Of a stretch of DNA of 64,000 nucleotides, positions 43,241 to 55,900 are shown piece by piece. The notes under the pieces are model-generated. The model searched no databases. It was not told where the DNA came from and worked only from the letters and a program-made list of their open reading frames with translations. The first letter of the stretch is position 1; every line of letters starts with the position of its first letter. This stretch comes from Catajapyx aquilonaris. Its lineage: Eukaryota. A program made the translations under genes and the position numbers. Location of the stretch: assembly GCA_000934665.2 (NCBI GenBank), contig JYFJ02000418.1, positions 62,001-126,000 on the forward strand, read 5' to 3'.

Positions 43241-44794
43241 ATGCGGATGGATATGGAAGCCATACCTTCTAGTCGAGTTTCCTCTGGCCGTGACGGTGTA
43301 AGCGTCTCTCCTTCCCGGACTTGGAAGTTTCATTTTCCAGGGGGGTTCAAATCCCCGGATTTGCAACCAACCGCGTAATCTGCGTGGACCGTATAAACCT
43401 CACGCAGTTTCCCATCACCGGTTCGCAGGACGCATCTTATCCTATGTGTTCTCTCCAACCGAGTCTTCACCACACTAAGAGGCCTCTCACAAAAAGCCCG
43501 CCTCACAAAAGGGCCGTCCATCCTTCTTTTTTACCCTCCTCACAACCCGCTTCTTCCCCCCCTTTTCTGGTAGGCCCCCCTCAACCAGTGGTTCTTAACC
43601 ATGCGACATCCAGGATGACATCATAACCTCTTGATAATTCTTCCACATCCGTTGCCGCTGTTTTACATCATTTCCCGCGCAGCTCCAGCAGGGAGATGAC
43701 TTTACTACAAATGTACGGAGTTGAAGATTGGAGGGCGTGGGTGCTCCCTCTGACAAAAGCAGGAGGAAATGGGTGTCCCGGAGATGTGCTGGCGGGTTAA
43801 TATAATAAGAAAAAAGTCTGGACATGTGCATTATTCAGCGGGCATAATGCTGAGCCTCCGGGTTTTAGTGTTTGCTTGCTGCAGACAGCAGAGTTGGAGG
43901 GCAAACACGGGGGGCTCTCAATATTAACATATGCAGACATGGGGCCCAAATGCACTGCTGGTCCCAAGCTGTCTAAACAATCGTGTAATGTAACGATATC
44001 CTCGATTTAGTAATGCTAGTTATCTTCATCTCGTCAATTCGCCTTCTGCATGATATTATATTTTGCAGTGTGTCACTGGCGTCAAAATGTTGCTCAATTG
44101 TTGACCAATACGTATAATTACTGAAGACATGAAATGTTGGTTGTAACTTGATAATATTGCAAGTCTCTCTATTTTCCAGGCTTATCTCATCATGTTATTT
44201 GAATGTGTTGATGACGACGCTCCACTTTTTCTTCTGCTTATAATGTTGTTGTTATTGCAGTCTTTAGGTGCTGCCCAACAAAGCAGCAACCGTGACACGC
44301 AGAATATTTGAGAAGAAGGACTCGGGCAGACCGCAGTAGCAATACGACATATTTTGTTGAAGGATGAGAGAACTTTTTTCATATACAGTATAAGCAGTAC
44401 TGTACAGTATATTCTATGCATGAGTAAGGAATAAGCTTATGTATTTGTCCATAATAATATACTGCTGAAAATGGTTGGAGGCTGATGCATAACACTCCAA
44501 AAAATTGTGCCCTTCGGACACAACAATACTTCCCTGTTCTTTCATTTTCCCTATATTTCCTTCCATTGCAATTTTTCTCTTTCAGGTTCCCCACACAATT
44601 GATTACCAGGTTGGCTCATACTCCCACATGGCATTTCGGCCCACCCATCCAGCCAGCCAGTTTTCTCTCCTTGTCCATAATATATCCCCCCATCGTGGTT
44701 ACCTTGGCCCATCTCATCTCTCCGGCCGGCAGTCCAGTCCCTCCCATCTCCCCAAATCCAGAAATTATGGTGCCCGTGACGACTATGACGCACC

Positions 44795-44818
44795 TTTTAC
44801 CTGACAAAAACAACACTT
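44795..44818 (-). other. Recursive-splice-like site, junction 44801/44800
   Basis: gtgttgtttttgtCAG|GTAAAA; moderate donor. Confidence 0.3.
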
Positions 44819-45239
44819 CCTTGAATATCGCAATGCTTGGGTCTCACCTTATGCAGAGTAATTCAAATTACCCTTCCAAATGGTGCCGTATGAGAATATT
44901 AATTAAAATGCCCTTGCAACGACGTTCCTCTAAGTATATTCGGACTAATGAGTAATTACGACCGAATCGTGCATTGCATGAGATAAATCGGCGTGAATTT
45001 AATAGTCGCAGGCTTGGTTGAAGGTCGTTTTCATCATTTGTCAGTGAAACATAATCCGCGTATGTACATGCATTAAACGGACTAATTGTTGGCAACAATA
45101 ATGAATATTCAATGCAAATTTGCGGCAATTTAAAAAACACTTGAAACCAACTGTTTATATTGAGGCTACATTGCTGAGGCTATGACAACGAGTGTTGTGA
45201 ACCTTGTTTACAATTTTTTTTTTTGTGCGAGGCATTGTT

Positions 45240-45445
45240 GACATTGGCAACTGAGGCGTTGGAGTTGTTTACACCTGTTGGCCCATCTTAAATGACCGGA
45301 GGTTTGACCGGAAGCCTTCACCCACACCCTGTTGGATCTTATTATGTGATTTGACCCCATGGCAACAATGTTAAGTGTCCCCCCAACAACCAAATGTCAA
45401 CAGTCCTGCCCGTCTGGCCAGAAGCCCGGTGACCACTGACCGGAG
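45240..45445 (+). promoter_or_regulatory. Candidate proximal promoter of the protamine-like gene
   Basis: X-box-like GACCCCATGGCAAC at 45353-45366 (11/14 match to GTTGCCATGGCAAC); three TGACCGGA copies at 45293, 45305 and 45437; TGTTTAC forkhead-type core near 45266. Confidence 0.3.
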
Positions 45446-45510
45446 CGGAAGCAAAAAAAGTCTAACTCCCCCGAATTTCTCCCCCTCCTCTAGATCCGGA
45501 GCCATCAACG

Positions 45511-46044
45511 ATGGCACCGTTGACCTCCAAGACCCGGTCGACCCCTGGGCCAGCAGGGGCCAACCAGGCCGCCTCTGGGTCCTCGCTGGCTGGCCGGAGG
45601 GTGCCCTTCCGCCGCATCCTGATGTCCGCCATCGCCGGACAGAACAAGGGCCGGGAGGGATGCCGCCTGAAGGACATCCAGGGCTACCTGAAGTCCGAGG
45701 TGAGGTCCGTCGGACCTGGCGTTCTGAAGGGGCTGGCCATGGCTCTGAAGCGGGCCGAGAACGACGGCATGGTGGCGGCTACCTCCAAGGGTACGTACCG
45801 GCTGACTGCGACCGGACGGCGGACCGCTAAGACAGTGGACGTCGCAGGACGCAGGAAGGGCGCCCTGAGGGAGTCGGACATCCACATGCTGGAGAGGCGG
45901 AGGCGCAGGAGGCGTCGCGGAAGGGGCCGCAAGGGACGCAAGGGACGCAAGGGCCGCAGGAGGAGGAGGAGGAGGAGGGGCCGCAAGGGCCGCGGCAAGA
46001 GGCGCAGCAGCCGCAGGCGCCGAGTCAACCCTGCCAGGCGCTAG
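45511..46044 (+). CDS. Histone H1-related protamine-like sperm nuclear basic protein: winged-helix (H15) domain plus Arg-rich tail, 177 aa, intronless
   Basis: GC-rich ORF standing out from AT-richer flanks, start acgATGG. Residues ~31-99 follow the linker-histone globular pattern (PF..I...AI......R.G..L..I..YL...L..ALKR....G.V....KGTYRL). Residues 129-177 contain 30 Arg in 49 aa with GRK repeats. Confidence 0.9.
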   Translation: MAPLTSKTRSTPGPAGANQAASGSSLAGRRVPFRRILMSAIAGQNKGREGCRLKDIQGYLKSEVRSVGPGVLKGLAMALKRAENDGMVAATSKGTYRLTATGRRTAKTVDVAGRRKGALRESDIHMLERRRRRRRRGRGRKGRKGRKGRRRRRRRRGRKGRGKRRSSRRRRVNPARR

Positions 46045-46228
46045 CTGGGAGGAGGAGTTGAGACGACGACCCAGGGGCAGAAGCCGTAAGCAACCAGACA
46101 CCGGGTCTTACCACATACACCCTCACCAAAAATAATACCTATATGTACTTCTTTTCGGTACGCATGAGATAAATTTACAGTCATATGCAGTGATGTAACC
46201 ACGGAGATAGCAAAATTGTTTAAAATGT

Positions 46229-46234
46229 AATAAA
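46229..46234 (+). terminator. Polyadenylation signal AATAAA of the protamine-like gene
   Basis: AATAAA ~185 nt after the stop codon; no histone 3' stem-loop seen downstream of the stop. Confidence 0.55.
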
Positions 46235-49200
46235 AATCTTTAAAAATCGCAATTGCCAGTGCAATTACTAACTGGCCCCAGAGAGTACAGGCCAGGTTGT
46301 TTACATTTCAGGTGTTGGGAAGGGAAGGGAAATGGGGGGAGGGGGGAATAAACAGGTAGCCCAGGGAGGGTTGCCAGGGGATGTTTGTTTGCAGAATTTG
46401 CCAGATTGGATCCACTGGACGAGGGTCAACTGGTGGCCTGTTCCATTGCGCCATGGTGACGAGGAGGACGGCAACCGGGAAGTCAATAAACAAGAGGTAT
46501 GACCCTGTAATAATATTGTTCTAATTGCCAATTTCAAAACGTATGGCAAGTACACTAGAAACGTGTAATTATACTGGTGTACAGAGGGGGTCACAAGGTA
46601 AGTCACAGGTCTGTCCTATGACATAGGTCTAAGTGCCTGATCTCACGTGTCCAGATGTAACTGTAACTGCTTGTAAACAGTAACCACCTTGCAACCCCCG
46701 CAAGCATTTGGTATACACCACTTCATTGTCCTTTGCAGCAGATCCATGCTATTCGGTTTGTATGTGTTGTACTGTACTGTACTGAATGGCTTCAGAGATG
46801 TATTTCGCAAAATAATTTCCCAAAGTAGCTAAGAAAATTAATATTGTGCAGTGTTTTTCAAAACAGAACATTCAACGCCTTGGATAAATGGATTTCTCAG
46901 CTAATCTTGACATAATGCAAATAAATGAGATGCATCGCTGTGAACACTCATTATCTTCCCATCAGGGCTTCCTTAGCACCAAAATATACGAAGAGGCAGC
47001 TCGCAATACAAAAACAATGAGTAAGGAAGCCCCCCTCCTTCTCTAATTGCATGCCCGTGCCAGCATCGTTGTTGGTTTTTTTTAGTAGGGGGGGGGGGAC
47101 CGTGGCTGCAGGGAGGGCGGAAGGGCTAATGCTGTTTTAATCAGAATTTAACAACAATCAACTTTCCCATTGCAAACCTTCACTTTCAGGCCGTTGAATC
47201 AGGGTCTTCACATCAGAATAACAGAAAACGCACTACTTACGAACGCAACGAAACAATTAAAAAGGCTTGAAACAAAAGGAGGAACATTTTTCTCATGAAA
47301 ATTTTTGGGTTTACCGACCCCTGATAAAGGTCATCCATACTCTGGAATTTATTGTTGCATTACATTCAGGTAATCTCCCATGTACATTTCTACGTCTATC
47401 ATCTGATACAAAACTGCACAAAAATTATTTACTTTATAATATTAGCACATAGTTATTCTAAACGCGTATATTTATTGCGAATAATATTTTCACTGCCTTG
47501 TACACAGTTGCACATGAGAAGTCTACAGGCGCTCTGCCTAGTTGTATCCATCTAGTTAATTTAAAATTCATGTAATAAGTGGCTTGCCACGCTTTCGGGA
47601 GAACGATACCTTTGCAGGAGACATCTTCCATTTTGTGCGGTCCTTGAGAGAAAAGTTGCGCTGCGACACAAGGCTCGGGCTAAGTCGTTTCTCTTCATTT
47701 TTCCAGGGCGAGACCAAGATCCATCACATAAACTATACTTGATCCCACAGAATCCATCTGCTCGCCCAGAGGCGCACTCTGTACAGATGGAGTTGCCACC
47801 AGTGATAAATTCCAAAATGTCTAATCTCGTTGCACTGACTGTGAGAGGAGGAAGTTGCAATCTTGCTATATTATACGTACGTGCAGCTGTCCACGAGCGC
47901 CTAGATTATTCTCACTTCCTATGCTGATTTCATACGCAAAACTTAATACGCGAAGGTATAAGGCTATGCCACCAAACTTCCGACATCAGGTTACTGTAAT
48001 ATACTGCTGCTCTAATGATGCCTGCGGTGTACAAAGATGAAGACGGCCCAAGTTATACAACTATTGTACATATGGTCTATCACGTAATGTGACGCACAAA
48101 TGGCACGATTTATCTCTGTTCTAGGAAAGCAGAGGGATCCGCCCTTTCCCATTCTGATTATGTAGATTGCAGAATAACAGGTAAACACCGTGCCCTGCCT
48201 TTATGCGAATATTGCAACAATTTCCTGCTAATGGTGATATTACTCCAGCAACAATTATTATTGGCGAATAGTGTTCAACTGTTCATGTCTGAAAGAGCAC
48301 ATATCCTGAATCTCCCGCAACCTTTCAAGCATAGTCGTACATCGGGTTGCCGTCCTCGCAGGATAACCTCGTCCGTTCTTTCCGACAACAGAGGGCTTCC
48401 TAGTCGCAATTTGACACCGTTGATCATGCTATTGTGCTCACTATACCTTTTGCTCCAAGGGTCGTTCATTCCGAGGATCAAATTGGGTTATGAGTTTCAG
48501 CAGCAAATGATTTTTTAAAGAAGTAAATCCGAAATGTAGATTTCCGAGACGGGAGCATGCCGAGTTCGTTGGCTGGGATTCGGAGTCGTAATGACGGAAC
48601 AGCCCGGAGCGCCATCAATAAATTAATTAACAACTTGTCACTTCCTCTTCGTCAGCTCTTAATTGCACCACCGGCTTCCTCTCCCAATCCTTGAGGAATG
48701 TTTCAACTTCTCGCATTCACTCCCACGCACATTTTTTCCCCCTTGTTATATATACACCCCCCTCTTGCTTCTTCTTCCTACACTCTTGAGAAAGTCTCCT
48801 GATGGAAAGGAAAATGTACCTCGGGAACTATGAAACTTCATTATGCCTGGCAGTCTCGTGAATTATCTTTGGGTATATAACTCCCTCAATGACCTCTCCC
48901 TTTTCAGATGTGGCATTCCAAGTATGCAATAAGGAGGAAGGCTGGCATTCCCACCGATGTTGTAACTTGAGACTGAATTTCCGCCTTCTCTTGATTTGTG
49001 CTCGGAGCAAAACTGTCTGCTTTTCCAGCTCCGTATTTTGCAACAAAATCGGCGAAAACACCAGTGGTCAAACTACTTGGTAAGTTTATAAGGCAGGCGT
49101 GATGCGAATCGCCCCTAACAGTTCCTCGGTCATAACGCTGTCCCCCCAAGTAACAACGTAGACACTTTGGACCTGACTACTATAAAGCCATATCCCTCAG

Positions 49201-52200
49201 CGGGTGGGGCCCTCCCGCAGGCTTCATATTAATGGACTCATATTATCTTTAGCGAGGGGCTATTACCCGCAATATCAGACGAGCATCCTCCCTTCATCAT
49301 CTCTCCAAAAACTGGGACTAAAAAACACTTGCAACATGCAATTCCCTATAATTGTCCAATACCATCAACATACACTTCCGATGGGCATAAAACCGAGAAA
49401 ATACAGCTTCTCAATGGTTAAGCATAATTTCGCAGACGCCATTTTTTTCCGGTTCGCTCCAGAGGGCGCCCCCCTACAATTTTAATATGAAGGTATCACT
49501 TTATGGCCCACCGTAAATTTTACAGCATCCATTCGGTTAGGTACTAAAATAATGGGAGCCTGGAAACGACTTCCTCGCTATTTACAACACTAGATCTTCC
49601 GTGGGATGGATGTCACTCTGATCGCGTCCGGAATTAATGCGTCAAAAATGTCGCGACATAATTCAATGTCGGGTGTGAAACGGTCACTGCCCCGAGGCTG
49701 TAAAATGGATTTTACGGGCATTTTTTTTGCGTTAACGGACCTCTTTGGCCAAGGTCAAGCTTTTGCTTCCTTGGTCCATGAGAAAGAAGAGGTTTTCCGG
49801 ACAAGTCACCAAAGTCACGGAATTGCTACGGACCATTAGCTCTTGAAAAAAGGAGGATCAGCATCGCAGGAGTCCTTTGTCCTTTCAACAGGCAGGCAGG
49901 CTTTCTCTTTCGGTGTCACAGGTCACACGTGAGGAGAGGGTCACAAGGGTCAAGTGTTCTTTCAGAGTGTCTAACGGTTTGTCCTTGATGGTTGGGATCG
50001 TCTTATCCGGACAAAAATGGGAAAACTACTCATCCGAATCACTCCACAACCTAATGCACTTGACGATTTTTTTTAAACGGATAAAATACAGGGTGTTTCG
50101 TAATGATTCAAGTTTGCGCTGACCAGGCTGAACCAGTACCCTGTGAGAGGTACGGACACTTCCAGGATATTTATGGTGATGCAGGATGCAAATGGTGTGT
50201 TTTAAGAAATATATGCTGACAAGCAAAATCACTAGGAACCGTGTTATCGGGTTCCGATTTTCTGGTGTACTCGAAGAGATATTTACCGGCCGGGACAAGT
50301 GATGCTATCAGCAACAAAGGACGGCCTGTACAGCACCAAGGGAGAGAGAAACTGATGGCATCAAAGGCAGAGGAAGTGTTCCCTTCTTTTTCATGCAACG
50401 CCGGAAATACGCATCATAAACGCACAATTCATTACCCAGACTTAACAAGTTTTCCTTGGCTTTTTTCCAGTTCGATTAACCCGGTAAATAAGCCGTGAGA
50501 AAGGCTTTTTTTCCAAGGACAGGGTAAGGACTTATGCACTTATGCATTTTATGTCTCCCGATAACAAAGGGAAAAGCAATTCCAGGAGTACAATCCGTCT
50601 CCTGAAAACGGGCTCCAGGAGTACATTAGACCCTAAAAAATGAGAGACCTTTACGCTCGATTTAGCAGAAAAAGGGAGAGGAATAATGATTTTTTCCAAT
50701 GGAAGTCTTTAACAAAGATCAAGATCAAGAAGGATTTTAAGATATAGGTTTCTTTTCAGTGCCGCCAAAAAATTCGGGAGCCAACCCGGAACAAGCAGAA
50801 TATATGTGGTCGTGCAGCTCAAACACGATTGTTTGGTGTCTCTGCAGACTTAACTCACCTGGTCTTCTTGCAGAAGCCGCACGCCGCTTCCTGAATCCAA
50901 ATGAGATCATTATTTTGACCGCACTCCTTACCAATTACCGAGATTCCCTCCGCGAACCTTTTCCTAGGTCAATGCACAGCACAACTTTGCCCGTTTGTGC
51001 TCCTGGTGTCAGGACCCAAGCTCGTTACACCACAAGAAAAAAAACCCTGAAGGGATATGGTGCTAGTGTAAACCATGTTGTCGGATTTGTTGAATCGGAT
51101 TTTGTAACGCGTGAGGCGAATCCAGACTTGAGATTTTCCGAGAGAAGTCGTTAAGGAAGCTGCGTAATGTTCGAGGGTTTTTTTTGGGAGGGGGGGGGGG
51201 AGCATCAGGCTCTCGAGGGATTCAGCAACACTTTCACTTTTTATGGTCAAGACCCAGAGGACACTCTCATCGAAATACCTTACACAGAATTATTGGCCCA
51301 AAATTCAGGGGGGAAAAGTCACGTAATGAGTTATGGCATGTAGGTCTGACAATGGTTGGATGAGAGTTAAAACCAATGTCGACTTTTTTTGGGAGTTGGG
51401 AACCACAATGCTCTGACATTTTCCCTCAGTGTTATTGAACTAAAATTGCCCGCACGTCCAGTGTATGAGCTCATTTCCAGCGCAGCACATGGACTTTCAG
51501 GAATGCTGCTGTGACTGATGTGAAAATTCGAAGCTCGCTTTGCAATATACCGTACCATGAACACACTCGAGGTTGTAAATTTTTCGTATTTAAACTTTTA
51601 ATAGCATCGTACATCCGTTTTTTAATCATTGTGCTGTACAATACATTCAAATGTACGCAAACATTTAAAAAAAGAAACTGATCGACCAATCTGATTAAAT
51701 TAGACTCAAATATCGACCAACTATTTTTTAGTTAAATTTTACTCTAAACCGCCGACCCTATATGTCGCCAAAATATTTCCCAACTTCCCAAGTAACTTTC
51801 CCTCCTTTTAATTTAAAACCTGGCTTTGACTCTCGTCCCTCCCATCATGCTTGCCCGAATCCTGCAACAAACTTCCTACATCTTTGATCACAATAATTGA
51901 GTCTCAAACTTGGATTTGTGATTACCGGAAGCTGCGCATTTCCCTGTGTTGTCTGAATATCGGCATAACTTCACCCTCCTATTAAAGTCTCTCTCCAGTA
52001 TTTGAGAACTCGTCTTCATTCTGGCATTAATGCTTGTGGAACAAAGGCGACTCTTTTATGGCCCAAATTACACGTCGCCAGTGCCAGAAAAGGGAGAACT
52101 TGTTTCTCCAACACAGCGCGTCAAAGCTAGGGCTTTTGTGTGTACCCGAGGGTCCTGCAGTAATCATTCCGGTCCTAACAACAATTCCTTATTCAACCCC

Positions 52201-52871
52201 TGGGGTAGACTCATTCTCTCCCTAGGAAGTCAAAACAGAATTGAAACAATTATGGTGATTTCCACACAAAAAAGGACTGAATTGGTGCACTTTTTTTGTT
52301 GAAAAGACTAAAGAGGGGTCCTGTTTACTTTCGTAATAGTGCCTTAACTTTTCCTCGCTTTACAAATTCCGCTGCCAATAAAAAGAGACCGACGTTCCAT
52401 TATTCCGTAATATGCGGGACGAACGCAATAATTTAGTTCCCTTGCTATTCAGGACGAAATGGGGATTTTTTTTTGAAAAGCCCTGGAAAGACGTAAATGA
52501 ATTTATAAACTAAAGAATGCTCGGATGGGTACTGGAAAGCTGCAGTGTCTTTTTTAGCTCCATCCATTGGTCGCATTTTTGCACGCCTATTTTCACTTTC
52601 AGAAAAAAAGCCATTTTTTGGACGAAAACGACGTCTGTTCATCCTCCACTCTCGCCTTAGAAAGTCCCTGTGTGGAAGAGACCACACAATAACATTGTGT
52701 ACACCAGGAAGGACAATAGTGCACGTGTAAATCTTGTCTTTTCAGGCAGAATTTCCTGTTTTTTCGCTGCTTTTGTGAAGCTAGATCGTGACTATATTTT
52801 TGTGCGCAATTTTTCACAATTTGCATGCAGATTGTACTCACTCTCGCTTTTGAAGAAAGCACACACTGGAT

Positions 52872-52909
52872 TCTTACCTGCAATGAGAGAGAGAGAAAAA
52901 AAATATTAG
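52872..52909 (-). other. Recursive-splice (ratchet)-like site, junction 52878/52877
   Basis: CTAAT branch-like motif, then attttttttctctctctctcattgCAG|GTAAGA: a strong acceptor immediately followed by a strong donor. Confidence 0.55.
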
Positions 52910-55900
52910 ATATACATCCAACATGCCAAATGTAAAATTCAAGATTGGTCCCACCAAAAAAAGATCTAACGGCCCTTCTGGTCCATAGGCCCGCACCAGC
53001 AGATTTCCAAAAGCGAGGTTATGACACCCACGCTGACTGTACAATAAAGCCGGAATGCATAATTTACAGCTATAAGAACACCGTCGCACAATTTACATTT
53101 TGGCAACCCCTCTAAAAAACGCTGTGGCCAAATATATTCAGCTCGTCTTCTTCGTGTGAAGAGGTCACTTTCTACTGATGGTAGAGGTGGGTAGTATAAC
53201 TTGACAGATTGCTGCCTCCGTTTCAGGAACAAGTTTATCTATTTGTATGCTAGACTTGCCCGCTCGCATCACAGGCGGCCATGATGACAGCCAGACAAGG
53301 ACGACAATGGGAACTGGTATAGGGAACCATGCCAGTGGTCAGCAGATTTTCAGGCCTTTGGGAGGCTGGTTTGCCCAGATACCGGTGTCTTACATCAATT
53401 CAGAGGCAGCCCCAAAGTCAATTAGATGTATCTGATGGGACGAGCCCAGAATTTACAAACCTGAAGAGGCGATTGGAGACAAATTGCGTCGTATTCCTAA
53501 ACACACATGGGAAGATTCCAGCTGAGGCCATTACGGCTTAATCCGCATTTGTCACAGTAATGGACGCTAAGTAACGGGATTTCCATAATAAGGAAGGTTC
53601 ATATTTTTCGTGCGCGTGATTCGGCCTGTAATAAACTGACGGGAGTTTGCTTATTACTTGGAATTATCTCGCGGCATTTCAGTGTGTGTGTAAGGAAATA
53701 ATCCACGCACACCGCCATAATTATACTGGTGGCAAAAAAATTTCAATTAGTTGCGCAAAAACTTTCTTCCAGATGCTAAAACATCCGGTCCGAAGCGACG
53801 ACCTTTCATGTCTGACGTAACTAACATCTGCCACTTCTTATCCCACCAATTTGTCATCGTGGCCTGCAAATGGCGATAGAACATGCAATCCGATTATTTC
53901 AAATAAACATCAATTGTTTCACCCAAAACTATTAGGTGCGTCTGTGGTTCAGCAGAGAGCAAAATAATTTTTCAGACCCAAAATTTTCCAGCCTCATTTT
54001 CCAAACGGAATTCACGTGGCAGCATCATCAGACAGACACAAATTAATCTCTTCTCTCATCAAGCACCTACCCAACCCTCTGGCTCTCTGCACCTTACAGC
54101 AAAAGCCACTCTGGCTGTGCGGTTTTCCTCCGGGGAAGGTCCACCAGCCCAGCATGCAAGTTCATTTGGAAGCTCGTTCCTGGCGACGCTTGAAGACTCT
54201 GCAAACTGACAATTGCAAGCCTATTTGCCAGCGGTCTGCAGGAAGCGAGAGGGGTTTTCTGGATGGACGACGAATGGGGAACGCCTGATAATTAGCTCCT
54301 CCAGAAAACGGGACACCTCAGCTTGCTTGACTTTCAAGAGGGGGGGCCAAAAGGATTCCCCAGGCAAGCAACTCTGTCGCGCTAACAACACTGATTTTCA
54401 CGAGGGGTTGGATGTGCTGACTTAATTGCGTGCCATCGTGCTATATGGCAAGGGGAACCAATCGATGCTTCTAGATGCTGGCTTAATTCGGATGCGCAAG
54501 TAATTACACCAGGGGTAATTAATGGGGTTGATCATCTTGCTCCAGTGTCAACTATACCTATGTGTATATAAGGGAGTTGACACTATATGCCTTGAGAGCA
54601 ACGTGTGTCGTATGCATCCAAATTCGTAAATCATATAATCTGATTGAATTTTAAGCGGGGCCGTATTTAAATGCAATTACCTGCCGTTGCCTGATTTACA
54701 AGATGAGGTTGCATATGGTCGATATTACAAATGCATATGTATATTCGGCGCCCCTTTGGAAGCGAATGTCCCCAAACTTTTCCCCCCAGCTTTTTTTATA
54801 TTATACAAGCCGACAGCCACGGTATGGAAATGAGCACTTTATAAGAGAAATCCCCTGCTGATGAATCACAATGCTGATACATCACTTGCAGCCTTATTAA
54901 AACTTTTTTCATAACGGTTTGAGTGATAAATTTTCATGAGCTCTTTTTTTCCTTCTCTTCTTCATATTTCTAGATCCTGTCACCTCCTCCCGATGTATCG
55001 ATTGTCCTGCTTTTAAGACGAGGCCATATTACTTCTCATTGGATGCCGCGTAAATCACGGGTGCAAACCATGCACATAAAATGCTATTAGTGTCGCCTTA
55101 ATTCCGGCAGTAATTAAATAGGACATGCCCACTAAGCTATGCGGCGATCCAATTACAATAAATCCGACGAGTGGCGATCCCTTTGCCAGGTGAACGAACC
55201 TGCACAAAAACCAGCTGATAGGCTGCCTTTTGACTCGAGTAAAAAAAATTCACAATATGGCGAGCCTCTGACATAATTCAATTCGATCCTTATTTATAAT
55301 TATTATAAGCGATTGCGATCTGGATGTGAGTAGAATTAGATGTGGGATCGGTTACAGGGAACAAATCCAAAAATAATTGTGACAGCCGTCTAAACAAATC
55401 AGACTCGTTTGGACCCTTCATTTTCATGTATACTGGTTTCCTTCTATGGAAGCGAAGAATGTACCATTTATGAACGACTTTATCGACATGTGTAATCCTC
55501 GTTTAATCCTAGTTCTCTCCACACCCTGCGATCACCCGGTATAAACAGTAGTGTCAATCAAAATCAGGTGTTAATTTGATAAAAAGGTTGGTCCACCCAA
55601 CCCTGATTCAATCACACCTAACTGCCTTTGAGATGAAAAACTTGGTTTGACAACCATGGCAAGAAAACGCTAGGATACTAAATTTTCAAAAAAAACTGTA
55701 ATTAACGTTTTTTTTGAAAGTAAAGGTCACAGGTAACGGTAAGTCTTCCGGATCAGCCCACACATACCCCCATTATCCTAGCCATTATCGGTTGTCAAGG
55801 ATCCAACCTCCCCTTACATAACAATGTACTTTAATTGCGGTGCTGGGGGGGACAATAGAAGGTGTTTTTTTAAAAGGGGAGGAACAAGTGATGGTATGGT

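Noticed and set aside
43586..43600. hAT/Charlie-like terminal repeat CAGTGGTTCTTAACC (and CAGTGTTTTTCAAAC at 63384-63398)
   Set aside because: No partner inverted terminus or target-site duplication found by eye.
45505..46101. Long minus-strand ORFs (198 aa, 114 aa) and the overlapping plus-strand ORF 45375-45830
   Set aside because: Shadow frames of the GC-rich, low-complexity protamine-like CDS; no domain features.
46308..46454. Minus-strand ATG in good context (MAQWNRPPVDPRP...) faintly like a vertebrate Rap1GAP N-terminus
   Set aside because: No credible splice donor before the stop; the resemblance is too short to trust.
50859..50890. 32-nt minus-strand exon candidate (ttcag|GAAGCGG...ACCAG|gtgagt)
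   Set aside because: Weak pyrimidine tract, and the length would frameshift the Rap1GAP model.
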